55,534 nucleotides of DNA from a virus (IMGVR_UViG_3300001242_001222:1-55534); one strand, 5' to 3'. Positions 18,510 through 28,256 are shown, counted from the stretch's first letter. A program made the numbers and translations. The notes: a model not told the origin generated them from the letters alone.

Positions 18510-19871
18510 TTACTGTTTAACGTATAACAAAGCGTGTGTTTCCGGATAGCGAACAATCGGGCAGGAAGCTTCGGTAATAACCTTGGCATCTGCTCTGCGA
18601 ATACCGGCAGCCTTGAGGTCGAGATCTTCGGAGTTGATTGCCATGTTTTCGTGCTTTTCGATATTATTCATATCAAGAGCGAGAGCGTAGCGATCATAAC
18701 CAATCATATCCATGACATGATTATAATTGATCATAAGTGTTCCGAAATTGGTAACAATCTTAGTGAATGTGATTCCGAATTTAACCTCAGTCGAATTTGC
18801 ATTTAATTGTTTACTTACTTCGTCAACAAGCTGCATGTAATACATGAACTCGCTTCCGGTAAACACATATCTGGTTTCACTTCCACCGTTGCCAGTGAAT
18901 AATGTTTTCATCCATCCGGTATAATCGGGGGTTGAGATGGTGTTATTAGCGGCCGTACTGAGCTGTTGAATTCCTGATCTAAAAATACCACCACACATGT
19001 AATGATCTTTGCCAGTTGCCGGATACCTGAATTTGTTTTTAAATCCACCCAGATACGACATTTCGATAGCAAGCTTCATATCAACAAGGCTCATGCGATC
19101 AAAGTCTGCAAAACCCCAATTCACTTCTTTTTTATTGATCTTCTGAAAAGTGCCTTCCTCGATCTGAGACATGAAGATCTGACAGTAGTTACTCTCTTTA
19201 TCGGGGAGCTGTGAAATAACTGGAGCCTGCATGTCGAGCTCATTCATTGCATTACCCATTCTTCGTAGAACGGTTCCATTAGGAATGGTCGGAATACCCG
19301 GCTTACCGGCATCTGCCCCACCTACGATTGCAGCACCATTGATGGAATATACGGTAACAGAATTGGCTCCTGTAGCTGTCACAAAAAGAACAAGCGGCTT
19401 TCCGTCAGACGTGTTGGCTCCGGTAACAGCTGGAACAATAATTGTGTCCTGGGCGCCAAACATTTCCGAACTTGCCACAGTCAACGCGGCTGTTCTCACA
19501 AGCGGGTTTGGCGCTGTATATTCAAGCGTCATGGTTGTATTGAACGAACGCATATCAACGGTGTAGTACTCTGTAATAAATGAGTCTATTTTCACCGGCT
19601 TAACAGATCGCAACAGTGTATCAAGAGGCGTTCTGGATGGCTTAATTTCGGTAATCAGCTGTGACACATAATTCATGTCCAGATCAGATCCGGCGTCACG
19701 CACACCCTGTTCAGTCGGTGTTCCAGACAGCACTATTGTTGCTGTAACAACGGTAGTGTCGACTACGTTTCCTCCAGCCAACGCGCAATAAAGCGCAACA
19801 GCTGCGACAATCAGAATGCCGAACATAAACAATATCGGCGATTTTTTAAAGAGGGTTTTCACACTTTTCAT
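18510..19871 (-). CDS. Major capsid protein with N-terminal hydrophobic leader
   Basis: TPLDTLL, NYCQIF, IEMSYLGG, CGGI, TNFGTL motifs; follows scaffold; ATG 19871 after A-rich leader. Confidence 0.8.
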   Translation of the reverse strand: MKSVKTLFKKSPILFMFGILIVAAVALYCALAGGNVVDTTVVTATIVLSGTPTEQGVRDAGSDLDMNYVSQLITEIKPSRTPLDTLLRSVKPVKIDSFITEYYTVDMRSFNTTMTLEYTAPNPLVRTAALTVASSEMFGAQDTIIVPAVTGANTSDGKPLVLFVTATGANSVTVYSINGAAIVGGADAGKPGIPTIPNGTVLRRMGNAMNELDMQAPVISQLPDKESNYCQIFMSQIEEGTFQKINKKEVNWGFADFDRMSLVDMKLAIEMSYLGGFKNKFRYPATGKDHYMCGGIFRSGIQQLSTAANNTISTPDYTGWMKTLFTGNGGSETRYVFTGSEFMYYMQLVDEVSKQLNANSTEVKFGITFTKIVTNFGTLMINYNHVMDMIGYDRYALALDMNNIEKHENMAINSEDLDLKAAGIRRADAKVITEASCPIVRYPETHALLYVKQ

Positions 19872-19893
19872 ATTTTTGGTTTTTTTGGTTTCG

Positions 19894-20697
19894 TTAAAAA
19901 TTGTCTTTCTTTTTGGCCATTTCCTCAAGTCGAGTGACAATAGCTGATTTATTTTTTTTCTCACCCATAGCGCCATCATCACCGGACACGCCAGTATTAT
20001 CAGGCATCCCATCTCCGACGGTTTCCTTTGTCATGGTAATTTTCTCAGCGGCGCCTTCAGCCTTGCCGGATTCAGCGGCATCAGCCAGAGCCTTTTCGAA
20101 ATTCATAGACTTGTGGACCATCCCCAGGACCTTCCCTGAGAGTTTTCCATTGAACATATCATTGGCAACTGATTCGATCTCTGCCAACAGCTGTTCGGCT
20201 TCTTCCTCAGAAACATTGTTTTCAGCTTTAAATTTTTCCCACTCGGCTTTTGTCATCTCCTGATTCTTGCCGAATTCCTCATTAAAGGCTTTTGCTTCGG
20301 AGCTACGTTTCTGACGATCACTCATTGCTGACTGATATGCAGATTCATCCTCATCACCGGGCTGAGGAACAAGATCCTCGGGTTCAAAGTATGCGGCAAT
20401 GGCAGCACGAAGTGGCGCACCTTTAATAAGCATCTGTAACATGCCGGCAAATTCGGGATGTGAGCTCATAACCTCCGAAATCTTTTCGTTCACCGCGCTG
20501 GTGCGCTGGCGATAACTCATTGCATCCTTCAGAATAACAACAGCGGCGGCGATAGCTTCCTCTGGTGTTGAAACCGGCTGATCGGGATTATTGGCGTTTA
20601 CCGCTTCAATAAGTTCGGCAGCTGGATCAGTAGTCTGCTCTGCGGGAGGAGCTACTGGTGTTTCCGGGACTTCAGGAATAATATTTTCTTCGGCCAT
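19894..20697 (-). CDS. Capsid scaffolding protein
   Basis: Acidic helical protein immediately upstream of the capsid gene. Confidence 0.65.
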   Translation of the reverse strand: MAEENIIPEVPETPVAPPAEQTTDPAAELIEAVNANNPDQPVSTPEEAIAAAVVILKDAMSYRQRTSAVNEKISEVMSSHPEFAGMLQMLIKGAPLRAAIAAYFEPEDLVPQPGDEDESAYQSAMSDRQKRSSEAKAFNEEFGKNQEMTKAEWEKFKAENNVSEEEAEQLLAEIESVANDMFNGKLSGKVLGMVHKSMNFEKALADAAESGKAEGAAEKITMTKETVGDGMPDNTGVSGDDGAMGEKKNKSAIVTRLEEMAKKKDNF

Positions 20698-20733
20698 GTT
20701 TGCGTGTTTTTATTGTATGAAACAATTGCGCAT

Positions 20734-20772
20734 CAAAAATATAGCGAAAAGTTATCAACGAAGCATCAATTA
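20734..20772 (-). promoter_or_regulatory. Putative late promoter 1 (TAATTGATGC-N21-TATTTTTG)
   Basis: Same motif pair and spacing as 45865-45903; upstream of the scaffold/capsid operon. Confidence 0.65.
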
Positions 20773-20824
20773 CATACTTTATTGTATATATTTGCCGCAT
20801 TAAATTTGTAATTAACAAGCCAAT

Positions 20825-21031
20825 ATGCAAAGAGAATCCACGAAAAAGCTGCACGCCATTGTGATTCAGGTGTATCAGGATGTTATTGCGGGACATGGGA
20901 AATATGCATCCATGATGCCGAAGGCAATGTTATACACGGAGGTCGCGGAAGATCCACGAGTGCCATTCAATGAGATAACCGTTGCTCAGATCATACGCGA
21001 ACACCTCAAACATGGCGTCACCCAGGCATGA
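20825..21031 (+). CDS. Small protein upstream of terminase
   Basis: 68 aa following a TATATTTG box; overlaps the TerL start. Confidence 0.55.
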   Translation: MQRESTKKLHAIVIQVYQDVIAGHGKYASMMPKAMLYTEVAEDPRVPFNEITVAQIIREHLKHGVTQA

Positions 21032-23018
21032 TATAGAGACCATCATCCGGGAAAATATCCGGCGGCTCGATGAGATGTATTCACCCTATAACCCCTATAC
21101 CGGGGAGGGTTCACCTACACCGCGAGTCAAGGTTTCTATTGTCAACGAGAGAAAGGAGCTTGTCGAATTGTGGCTTCCAGAGGAGATGATAAAGGAGGAG
21201 CCTCTTGTCGCTCGCATATTTGAAAGTGATACACTCGAGGCAGCACTGCAGCGCAATGGCATTCTGGCGCCCAGAAAAGAGCACTACATGGAATTCTGGC
21301 GCTGGTTTAATAAGCTTAGGTTTATTTACGACTTTGAATTCTGGTGCGCTGCAACAGTAAAGATTCAGGATAAGAGAACAAAAAAGGATATTCCTTTCAG
21401 ACCAAACAAACCACAACGCAGATTGCTGGCAGAACTTGAGAAAATGAGGCTGGCCGGAATTCCAATTCGTATTATTATTGTAAAGGCCCGACAATGGGGT
21501 GGGTCAACGCTGATTCAGATGTACATGGCATGGCTCCAACTGATACTCCTGACCGGATGGCATTCAGTTATTGTAACGGATGTAGAGAACCAGGCGCGGC
21601 GCATCCGCGGGATGTACACAAAGATGGCGGAAAACTATCCGGTGGAATTCGGGTCCGTGAAAATGGATCCATACGAAGGGAGTCCGAAGTCAAGAATAAT
21701 CGAACAGCGAGACTGCGTGATCACCATCGGGTCAATGCAGAAACCGGAGAACCTGAGAACCTTTGATATCGCTATGGCCCACTTGTCGGAGGTTGGGCTG
21801 TGGAAGGAGACAATGGGAAAGAAGCCGGAGGACGTGATGCAGTCCGTCATTGGATCCATATCGTCAGACCCGATGACACTCGTTGCCTTAGAGTCAACGG
21901 CAAAGGGTGTTGGAAATTTCTTTCACAAGAGATGGCTTGATGCAAAAAATGGAGTCTCCGGATATTTCCCGCTATTCGTCCCGTGGTTTGGTATTGAAAA
22001 CTATCAGAAAAAACTTTCAGAAACATACGCTGAATTCATTGGAAAGATGGATTCCTATGATTGGTTTCTTTGGTCCCTGGGGGCAACGCTTGAGGGTATC
22101 AACTGGTACAAGGAGCACAAGCGCAGGGAGAGGCTGGATGACTGGCGGATGCAGTCGGAGTTTCCATCAACCGCAGAGGAGGCCTTTCAATCTACCGGCA
22201 GGAGGTGTTTTGCCCCACAGCATGTGGCGAAGTCAAGAAGAAATAATCGACCTCCAATATTTATTGGTGAAATCTTCGCCGACTCAGATCGTGGCGAAAC
22301 CTGCACCAAAAATATGCGCTTTGAAAAAACCGCCGACGGCTGTCTCTGGGTGTGGGCCATGCCGGATAATGCAGAGATCATAAAGAATAGATATCTGGTA
22401 TCTGTCGATATCGGAGGCCGATGGTCCGGGGCCGACTATTCTGTCATCCGGGTTTTTGATCGATACTGGCGCATGGAGGGAGGAGTTGATGAGGCCGTTG
22501 CTACATGGAAGGGGCACATGGATCAGGACCTACTTGCCTGGAAGATGGTGCAGATAGCCACGTTATATGGGAATGCAGAGATTGTCATCGAAACAAATTC
22601 GCTGCGTACTGAGAAGGCGGACACCGATGGGGATCACTTTTTCACAGTACTGGATGAGATTGCGGAGTTTTACGACAACCTGTATTGCCGGGAGGTAATT
22701 GACACTGCCGGCGGACCCGTCACAAAAAAATACGGTTTCCACACGAATACAAAGAGCAAACAGCTCGCTATTGACACCCTGAGTGCTGACATCCGCGACG
22801 ATAGCTATGTGGAATATGATAGTCGTGTGTGTGATGAGGAGGATTCATACGAGGTAAAGACGAACGGAACGCTTGGCGCTGTTGACGGGGCGCACGACGA
22901 TATGGTGATGGCAACCGCCATCGGCCGGTATGTGAGCTCCACGATGCCGGTCCCGGAAATAATCAAAACAAACAACACTAAAAAAACAAGGAGGAAAGCC
23001 AATGAATCAACTTTTTAA
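21012..23018 (+). CDS. terL: Terminase large subunit
   Basis: VKARQWGGST (Walker A), HLSEV (Walker B), LESTAKG, VDIGG nuclease, HDDMVMA. Confidence 0.92.
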   Translation: MASPRHDIETIIRENIRRLDEMYSPYNPYTGEGSPTPRVKVSIVNERKELVELWLPEEMIKEEPLVARIFESDTLEAALQRNGILAPRKEHYMEFWRWFNKLRFIYDFEFWCAATVKIQDKRTKKDIPFRPNKPQRRLLAELEKMRLAGIPIRIIIVKARQWGGSTLIQMYMAWLQLILLTGWHSVIVTDVENQARRIRGMYTKMAENYPVEFGSVKMDPYEGSPKSRIIEQRDCVITIGSMQKPENLRTFDIAMAHLSEVGLWKETMGKKPEDVMQSVIGSISSDPMTLVALESTAKGVGNFFHKRWLDAKNGVSGYFPLFVPWFGIENYQKKLSETYAEFIGKMDSYDWFLWSLGATLEGINWYKEHKRRERLDDWRMQSEFPSTAEEAFQSTGRRCFAPQHVAKSRRNNRPPIFIGEIFADSDRGETCTKNMRFEKTADGCLWVWAMPDNAEIIKNRYLVSVDIGGRWSGADYSVIRVFDRYWRMEGGVDEAVATWKGHMDQDLLAWKMVQIATLYGNAEIVIETNSLRTEKADTDGDHFFTVLDEIAEFYDNLYCREVIDTAGGPVTKKYGFHTNTKSKQLAIDTLSADIRDDSYVEYDSRVCDEEDSYEVKTNGTLGAVDGAHDDMVMATAIGRYVSSTMPVPEIIKTNNTKKTRRKANESTF

Positions 23019-23382
23019 AAATCTGAAAAAAGAACTCAGTAGGTTATTGATTGTTCACATGATCCGAAAATTATTTATTCGCATCCGAATTTTTTTGTTG
23101 AAATGGTGGCTTGAAGTAATGAAGGTTGTTGGCGATGTGAGACGTAGGGTCGCTCAATATAAGGCTGAGGAATATCATTCCAGAACCGGCAAGAAGATAA
23201 ATGTGATTGACGGCCGCCACAATACGGCCATTATGACGAGAGAGTCCCGGAAGGTATTGAAAAAAACAGGCGTGTTGAAAAAAAGCACCACCGCAATTGA
23301 TGTGGATAGGGTGTCACACCAGATCATCCAGCAGGGAAAGAAGCAAGTGGATAAGAAAAACATTGTAAAGAAACGGAGGTAA
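23002..23382 (+). CDS. Basic hypothetical protein
   Basis: 126-aa ORF coupled to TerL. Confidence 0.5.
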   Translation: MNQLFKNLKKELSRLLIVHMIRKLFIRIRIFLLKWWLEVMKVVGDVRRRVAQYKAEEYHSRTGKKINVIDGRHNTAIMTRESRKVLKKTGVLKKSTTAIDVDRVSHQIIQQGKKQVDKKNIVKKRR

Positions 23383-23383
23383 T

Positions 23384-23944
23384 ATGGTTATTCTGATGGA
23401 TATGACGCTGTGTCGCGTCAATAAAAACAATGGCGTAGCGACTGAGGAAAGAAAGCTACCCATGCGTAGAGAGCGTGAATTTGAGTCAGTTTACGAAATG
23501 GATAAGTTTCTTGATCGTCTCACCCGATTGCACTATCCCGGAAAAGAAATTAACGCAACATACCAAACAATAAAAATCAGCCAAGTGAAAGAACTTCAAA
23601 AACTAATGGACGAGACCGGCGCATGGTCGAATCACACATTCGATAATGGTAATTTTTCACAGCAACGATGCGTCCCTATATCATATCACCTACAGAAAGA
23701 GACAAAGGAGTTGACGGAGGCGCTTGAAAAATTCTTTCAGTCCCCTACTCTGCTAAATAAAACCGATGCTGAAAAAGAATTCTCAGACTGCTTTATCCTT
23801 TTGCTTGACGCCGGTAATAAATTCGGATTGTCTGCAAGAGAAATGATTTATAACGCATTTGATAAGCTTGAGATTAATAGAAAAAGGAAATGGGGAAAAC
23901 CTGATGAACACGGGGTTGTAGAACATATTCGGGAACAGGAATAA
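23384..23944 (+). CDS. MazG-like dATP/dGTP pyrophosphohydrolase domain protein (DUF550-like)
   Basis: WS..TF, HLQKETKEL, EFSDCFILLLDA, KLEINRKRKW. Confidence 0.8.
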   Translation: MVILMDMTLCRVNKNNGVATEERKLPMRREREFESVYEMDKFLDRLTRLHYPGKEINATYQTIKISQVKELQKLMDETGAWSNHTFDNGNFSQQRCVPISYHLQKETKELTEALEKFFQSPTLLNKTDAEKEFSDCFILLLDAGNKFGLSAREMIYNAFDKLEINRKRKWGKPDEHGVVEHIREQE

Positions 23945-23963
23945 TTTTTTTATCCAAAATAGT

Positions 23964-24003
23964 TGCATTTACTATTTTAATTGTTTATATTTGATGCAAT
24001 ATT
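23964..24003 (+). promoter_or_regulatory. Early promoter, near-duplicate of 9343-9382
   Basis: TTTACTAT..TGTTTATATTTGATGCAATATT. Confidence 0.7.
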
Positions 24004-24042
24004 ACAGAACATTCTAACGTTTGTTTACTAAAAGGAGGCATT

Positions 24043-24252
24043 ATGGCAAACACCTATTATGTTATCAGGGACGCCGAGAATGGCGAAATCGAGTTTCATG
24101 TGTTCGATAAGAAATGGACGAAAGATGAGAACAGGGCTCGAAAACATTACATGCTCAAGCATGCTATTTCTACATCTAAATTCAACGGCGGGAGGGTTGT
24201 GAGTGGATTCGAACTTCTAATTCTAAAGGAGAAAAAGTCATGTACTACATAA
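24043..24252 (+). CDS. Small protein, paralogue 1
   Basis: AAAGGAGG upstream; YYVI...W...A motif. Confidence 0.65.
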   Translation: MANTYYVIRDAENGEIEFHVFDKKWTKDENRARKHYMLKHAISTSKFNGGRVVSGFELLILKEKKSCTT

Positions 24253-24473
24253 TCTGCACAAACAAAAAGGGACAAACATTGTTCCTGGCCAACCGGAAGC
24301 GATTTTCAAAAAGCTGGTGGACCACAAAGATAAGCCTTGCGATGGAATACATATACAGGCATGCTGCAGAAAAATTCATTGCCAGGCTATATCTCAACAA
24401 CCCGCGAATAATTGACGGATCTGAAATGAAAACCATTTTACGAAAAAAACAACCATCATGTACTACATTGTAA
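24240..24473 (+). CDS. Small protein, paralogue 2
   Basis: MYYII..FLA..W..SLA..NNPRIID. Confidence 0.7.
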   Translation: MYYIICTNKKGQTLFLANRKRFSKSWWTTKISLAMEYIYRHAAEKFIARLYLNNPRIIDGSEMKTILRKKQPSCTTL

Positions 24474-24706
24474 AAGAAACAGAACGGACCAGCGAGTTTC
24501 TGGCCGACAAAAAGAAAATCAAGGGACAGACGTGGATCAACGACTTGTCACTTGCAAAACCATTTAGCTATCGAGTTGAGGCGGATTATGCCGCCGGAGA
24601 GTTGCGTCGCAACAATCTTCGCGTTGTGGATGAACAGCAGGCGCGCTCAATTCAGGATGATAGCGAGTATGCATCACTTGAGGAAGTTGAATACAGCAAT
24701 GAATAA
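24458..24706 (+). CDS. Small protein, paralogue 3
   Basis: MYYIV..FLA..W..SLA..NNLRVVD. Confidence 0.7.
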   Translation: MYYIVKETERTSEFLADKKKIKGQTWINDLSLAKPFSYRVEADYAAGELRRNNLRVVDEQQARSIQDDSEYASLEEVEYSNE

Positions 24707-24989
24707 GGATCAGCTTGCATATTTGGTAGGATTCAGTCATCCATCTGATCCATACTGGCACGTCAACTCTGACAGACTCATGGAGGTAATCAATGGCACG
24801 CTTGAGTCGCTTTGGATTGACATCAATGTAAAACAGCCGCCAATTGAACAGGAGGTGCTGTTTATTACAACCGGAGGCGTGATTCGCTTCGGCAAGAGGA
24901 TCTACAAGCAGGGCAAAATAGGTCCGGTATTTCTCGACTTCAAGAATAAAAAAGAGCGAACGAATGTAATCCGATGGAGGTACCCGTAA
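24699..24989 (+). CDS. DUF551-like phage protein
   Basis: WIDINVKQPP..EVL...VIRWR. Confidence 0.55.
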   Translation: MNKDQLAYLVGFSHPSDPYWHVNSDRLMEVINGTLESLWIDINVKQPPIEQEVLFITTGGVIRFGKRIYKQGKIGPVFLDFKNKKERTNVIRWRYP

Positions 24990-24990
24990 C

Positions 24991-25200
24991 ATGCCTAAAA
25001 TAACCATATCGGCGACCTTTATGCCTGGTGACAAGGTGTATGATCTGGATGATCCGAACAAAAAACCATGCATAATTGATGCAATAATTATCAAAAAAGG
25101 TGGTTTATTTGTTTATTTGTTAACAAATGGGGAGATTAAATATACCTTCCAGATCGCCGAGTGGTCACAGTTCATGAAAAATAATTCTCATAAATCTTGA
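24991..25200 (+). CDS. Small hypothetical protein
   Basis: FMPGDKVY SH3-like start; coupled to the upstream gene. Confidence 0.5.
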   Translation: MPKITISATFMPGDKVYDLDDPNKKPCIIDAIIIKKGGLFVYLLTNGEIKYTFQIAEWSQFMKNNSHKS

Positions 25201-25219
25201 CTTCAGCTATGAAATGTTT

Positions 25220-25378
25220 TATCTTTGTTGTGCGAAACCCTAAGAATGAAATTGTATTTTCTGATATTAACAATATCGGCGTCTTGCCAACCGCTCCCCG
25301 AAAGGGGTACTCAAGTTTCTTGGGGTTTCGCAACCGGTTGGTGGACGTCGTGTTTTTTCTATAACCAAAATGCGAAAC
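25220..25378 (+). promoter_or_regulatory. Promoter and structured leader (alternative stems/attenuator) of the antirepressor operon
   Basis: TATCTTTG box; 25231-46 pairs with 25317-32; 25277-93 pairs with 25335-50 followed by a T run; CCCC-GAAA-GGGG hairpin. Confidence 0.7.
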
Positions 25379-25645
25379 ACAAGAAACAACGCAACCGATC
25401 CTCCTGACGAGGTTCCGCTGCAGGAGAGCACCCGCGCCAAACAGGGTGGCAAATCAATCAACTTCCACTCATCTGATGTTCGCGTAGCGAAACAGGAGGA
25501 GTATAATCAAACAATCACAAGTCTTCCGCCCGAGGAGTTAATCCGGGAGTGTATCCGTCTGAAAACGGAGAACGCCATGCTAATGTATTTTGTAAGTGAA
25601 AAAGGATTGTTGCGCGAATTCACTGAGAGTCGCGGAGTAAAGTAA
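25370..25645 (+). CDS. Small protein preceding the antirepressor
   Basis: ATG lies within a repeat of the leader sequence (ATGCGAAAC). Confidence 0.6.
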   Translation: MRNTRNNATDPPDEVPLQESTRAKQGGKSINFHSSDVRVAKQEEYNQTITSLPPEELIRECIRLKTENAMLMYFVSEKGLLREFTESRGVK

Positions 25646-25671
25646 TCGGTAAATCTTAAAAATAAAAAGTC

Positions 25672-26643
25672 ATGGAAACTTCAAAAATGTTTCAGTACAA
25701 TGGTTCGCCGGTAACCTTTATGCCCGGCCAAAACAGAGATACAATGATCAATGCTACCCAAATGGCAAAACCATTCGGTAAAAAAGTAAATCATTTTTTC
25801 GAGGATGAGTCGCGCAGAGATGTATTGCTAATGATTTGCAGACGCAACTCGCTTAATATCAATGAAGGCGAAATTTCGCCTTCGGAAAAAACAGAAGAAT
25901 GGGCTAATATTTTCCCAGAGTCAATACGGGTTGTCAAAGGAAATCCAGCAGGAGGAGTTGTTCAAGGCACGTGGTTTCACGAGGACATTGCCCTTGAATT
26001 TGCCAGATGGCTAAGTCCTCAATTCGCAATCTGGTGCAACGATCGTATCAAGGAACTCATGAAATTCGGTTTCACCGGTACAGACAATTTCATCGACAGC
26101 CTACTGCGTAATCCGGAGCAAACTATATCAACCCTGACCAGGGTGAGTGAACTTCTCGTTGATGAACGCAAAAAGAATCAGGAGTTGTCAGAAAGGAATT
26201 TTGATCTGGCCGAAAGCAACCAAAAACTGGCCGACGACATTGGTGAGTTTCAGGTTGACGCTGACAGAAAGCTGCTGGTCATTACCGAACAGGCCAAACA
26301 GCTTGGCATTCAGGCTCCACGCGTGGAGTATGCCAATAAGGTGCTTGAGTCGACGTCGTACATCCTGATCACCATTATTGCGAAGGAACTTGGTATGGGG
26401 CCGGTGATGCTGAATCGCATCCTCAAAGACATGGGTGTGATAAGAAGGGTTGACAAAACCTGGGTGCTAACCCATAAGTATCAGGGTAAAGGCTACACTG
26501 GAACCGAAACGTACACCTACACCGATGCCAACGGCGTAATAAAGACGTCGGTCAATCTGGTATGGACTGAAACCGGCCGCAGGTTTATTCACGAGTTGCT
26601 GAATCCGAAGCTAAAAAAGAATACGGGGATCTCAGAAGCGTAG
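25672..26643 (+). CDS. Phage antirepressor (KilA-N plus KilAC/ANT domains)
   Basis: MINATQMAKPFGK, QGTWFHEDIALEFARWLSP, IAKELG..LNRIL, WTETGRRFI. Confidence 0.92.
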   Translation: METSKMFQYNGSPVTFMPGQNRDTMINATQMAKPFGKKVNHFFEDESRRDVLLMICRRNSLNINEGEISPSEKTEEWANIFPESIRVVKGNPAGGVVQGTWFHEDIALEFARWLSPQFAIWCNDRIKELMKFGFTGTDNFIDSLLRNPEQTISTLTRVSELLVDERKKNQELSERNFDLAESNQKLADDIGEFQVDADRKLLVITEQAKQLGIQAPRVEYANKVLESTSYILITIIAKELGMGPVMLNRILKDMGVIRRVDKTWVLTHKYQGKGYTGTETYTYTDANGVIKTSVNLVWTETGRRFIHELLNPKLKKNTGISEA

Positions 26644-26664
26644 ATATCAATAATCAGGATTAAG

Positions 26665-26692
26665 AAAAAAGGCCCTCATATGGGGCCTTTTT
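26665..26692. terminator. Bidirectional intrinsic terminator
   Basis: AAAAAAGGCCCT-CATAT-GGGGCCTTTTT between convergent genes. Confidence 0.85.
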
Positions 26693-26698
26693 AAGTAT

Positions 26699-27280
26699 CT
26701 ATTTGTTTGGGTCAATCTCTGGATGCGCTGTTAAATAAATATCCCGGAGTTTAATACCGGCGACAAAACAGACGTCTTTTAGTCCAACTTTAATCCCTTC
26801 AAATTCAGGGTTATTGTATAGATAGTTTTTTATTGCTATAAACTTGTCGGATGCAGTGTCCATAAATAGGGTGTCGAACGCCAATTTTTCAACATCAAGG
26901 GCTGTAGATGGTTTTTGAGCCTGCATTACCGAGGCATAATACGATCCATGGTCTTCAATAAGTTCCTTCGTCCCACAACTTTCAAAGAATTTAACACCAA
27001 TGTCTGATAATTGAGTAGGACTCTGAGACTTACCCATCGACGTACCAATACCCGTATTACCCAACAAGAGTAAGTCGTAAATCTTATCCAGCTTTGATTC
27101 AATCTTAGACACGCCATCGGCATGATGCTTACAATCGCCTTCTGATTCAAATTTCTTTGTTGACCTCTTTACCGTTTTTAAACTGAAAACCATCCAGCAT
27201 GCAAAGATGGTGGCTGCAATAATCAGGAAAATAAACGGCCACTTTTCAACAATATATGATACAAATGCGTCCATATCCAT
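26699..27280 (-). CDS. Membrane-anchored accessory (moron) protein
   Basis: N-terminal TM; own TACATTTG box on the minus strand at 27294-27301. Confidence 0.7.
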   Translation of the reverse strand: MDMDAFVSYIVEKWPFIFLIIAATIFACWMVFSLKTVKRSTKKFESEGDCKHHADGVSKIESKLDKIYDLLLLGNTGIGTSMGKSQSPTQLSDIGVKFFESCGTKELIEDHGSYYASVMQAQKPSTALDVEKLAFDTLFMDTASDKFIAIKNYLYNNPEFEGIKVGLKDVCFVAGIKLRDIYLTAHPEIDPNK

Positions 27281-27390
27281 GTTTTTTGTTGTGCAAATGT
27301 AGTATTATTTTAAGACTACAGTATTAAAACGAACTAAAGGTACGAAAAATTATCATTGAAATCAAGTATGGTCGAGTTTCAGACATATTA

Positions 27391-27492
27391 TTATCTTATA
27401 CATAGTGTGATTAGGTAAATTATTCCCATGATCACGGCAATTATCAGCCCGAGTACTAGGTTGTCCTTTATGCGTTGTTTCAGGTTATTCAT
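27391..27492 (-). CDS. 33-aa single-TM peptide (not in the ORF track)
   Basis: Manual translation MNNLKQRIKDNLVLGLIIAVIMGIIYLITLCIR*, 14 nt after the upstream stop. Confidence 0.45.
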   Translation of the reverse strand: MNNLKQRIKDNLVLGLIIAVIMGIIYLITLCIR

Positions 27493-27505
27493 TGATTATT
27501 GCTTC

Positions 27506-27901
27506 TTATAACCTGCTAATGGAATCAATAAGAGCGTATGGGACCATGCTGGAACTCTTGAAAATTCTTATTACTCTTGCCGTAAATACTCTTGAATATA
27601 AAAGCCTATACGGAATTGGTATTAATATAAACGCTAAGCAGTCAGCCCCAAAGCACAACAATCCAGTCTGCCATGAGTAAAATAATAACATCAGAATCAG
27701 AATAATGTATTTAGCTAATGTGATTAGTCGGACTAAGAAAAATTTATCTGGCAATAATACAGTGACAAACCTGCTATCACCAGATGCGTTTCTACTTATA
27801 ATCATGGCTGCCCTCTGCATTCCAAAGAAATAAAAGTTCACCAAGGCAATAATAATAAATACAGATATATAATACATGCTGAAGAAATTTTCATCTATCA
27901 A
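27506..27901 (-). CDS. Multi-TM membrane protein
   Basis: Three hydrophobic segments, AT-rich. Confidence 0.6.
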   Translation of the reverse strand: MIDENFFSMYYISVFIIIALVNFYFFGMQRAAMIISRNASGDSRFVTVLLPDKFFLVRLITLAKYIILILMLLFYSWQTGLLCFGADCLAFILIPIPYRLLYSRVFTARVIRIFKSSSMVPYALIDSISRL

Positions 27902-28256
27902 TTTTAACAGATGTAGATTTATCTACACCAAAAGATTTATATTTAAAATATATCGTGGCCGACTCTAAGTCGGGGGTTGGGTAGCTTGCGGCTCCGTATT
28001 CAATTTTTACCGAACCGTTCCCGCTTCCGCTGAGTGGCGATGCGTTAAGTGATTGAATTGGATAAAAACCATTGTCTGGATAAACTGTCCAGTCGGTGTT
28101 ACTCTCCACATCAACATAAAACTGACCAGAATTATTGGTTGCATACCAGACTGTCGGGCTAACAGTCAAGACCCCCTCAACCGCCTCCGGCTCATCCTTT
28201 TTACACCCCGAAAATACAGCCAACGCCAGTATGACGACAAAAAATAACTTTTTCAT
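27891..28256 (-). CDS. Lipoprotein with BACON-like domain
   Basis: MKKLFFVVILALAVFSG-C lipobox; VESNTDWTV, SPLSGSGNGSV. Confidence 0.75.
   Translation of the reverse strand: MKKLFFVVILALAVFSGCKKDEPEAVEGVLTVSPTVWYATNNSGQFYVDVESNTDWTVYPDNGFYPIQSLNASPLSGSGNGSVKIEYGAASYPTPDLESATIYFKYKSFGVDKSTSVKIDR

Noticed and set aside
19872-20012. N-terminal extension of the capsid ORF
   Set aside because: Overlaps the scaffold gene; ATG 19871 has the A-rich leader.
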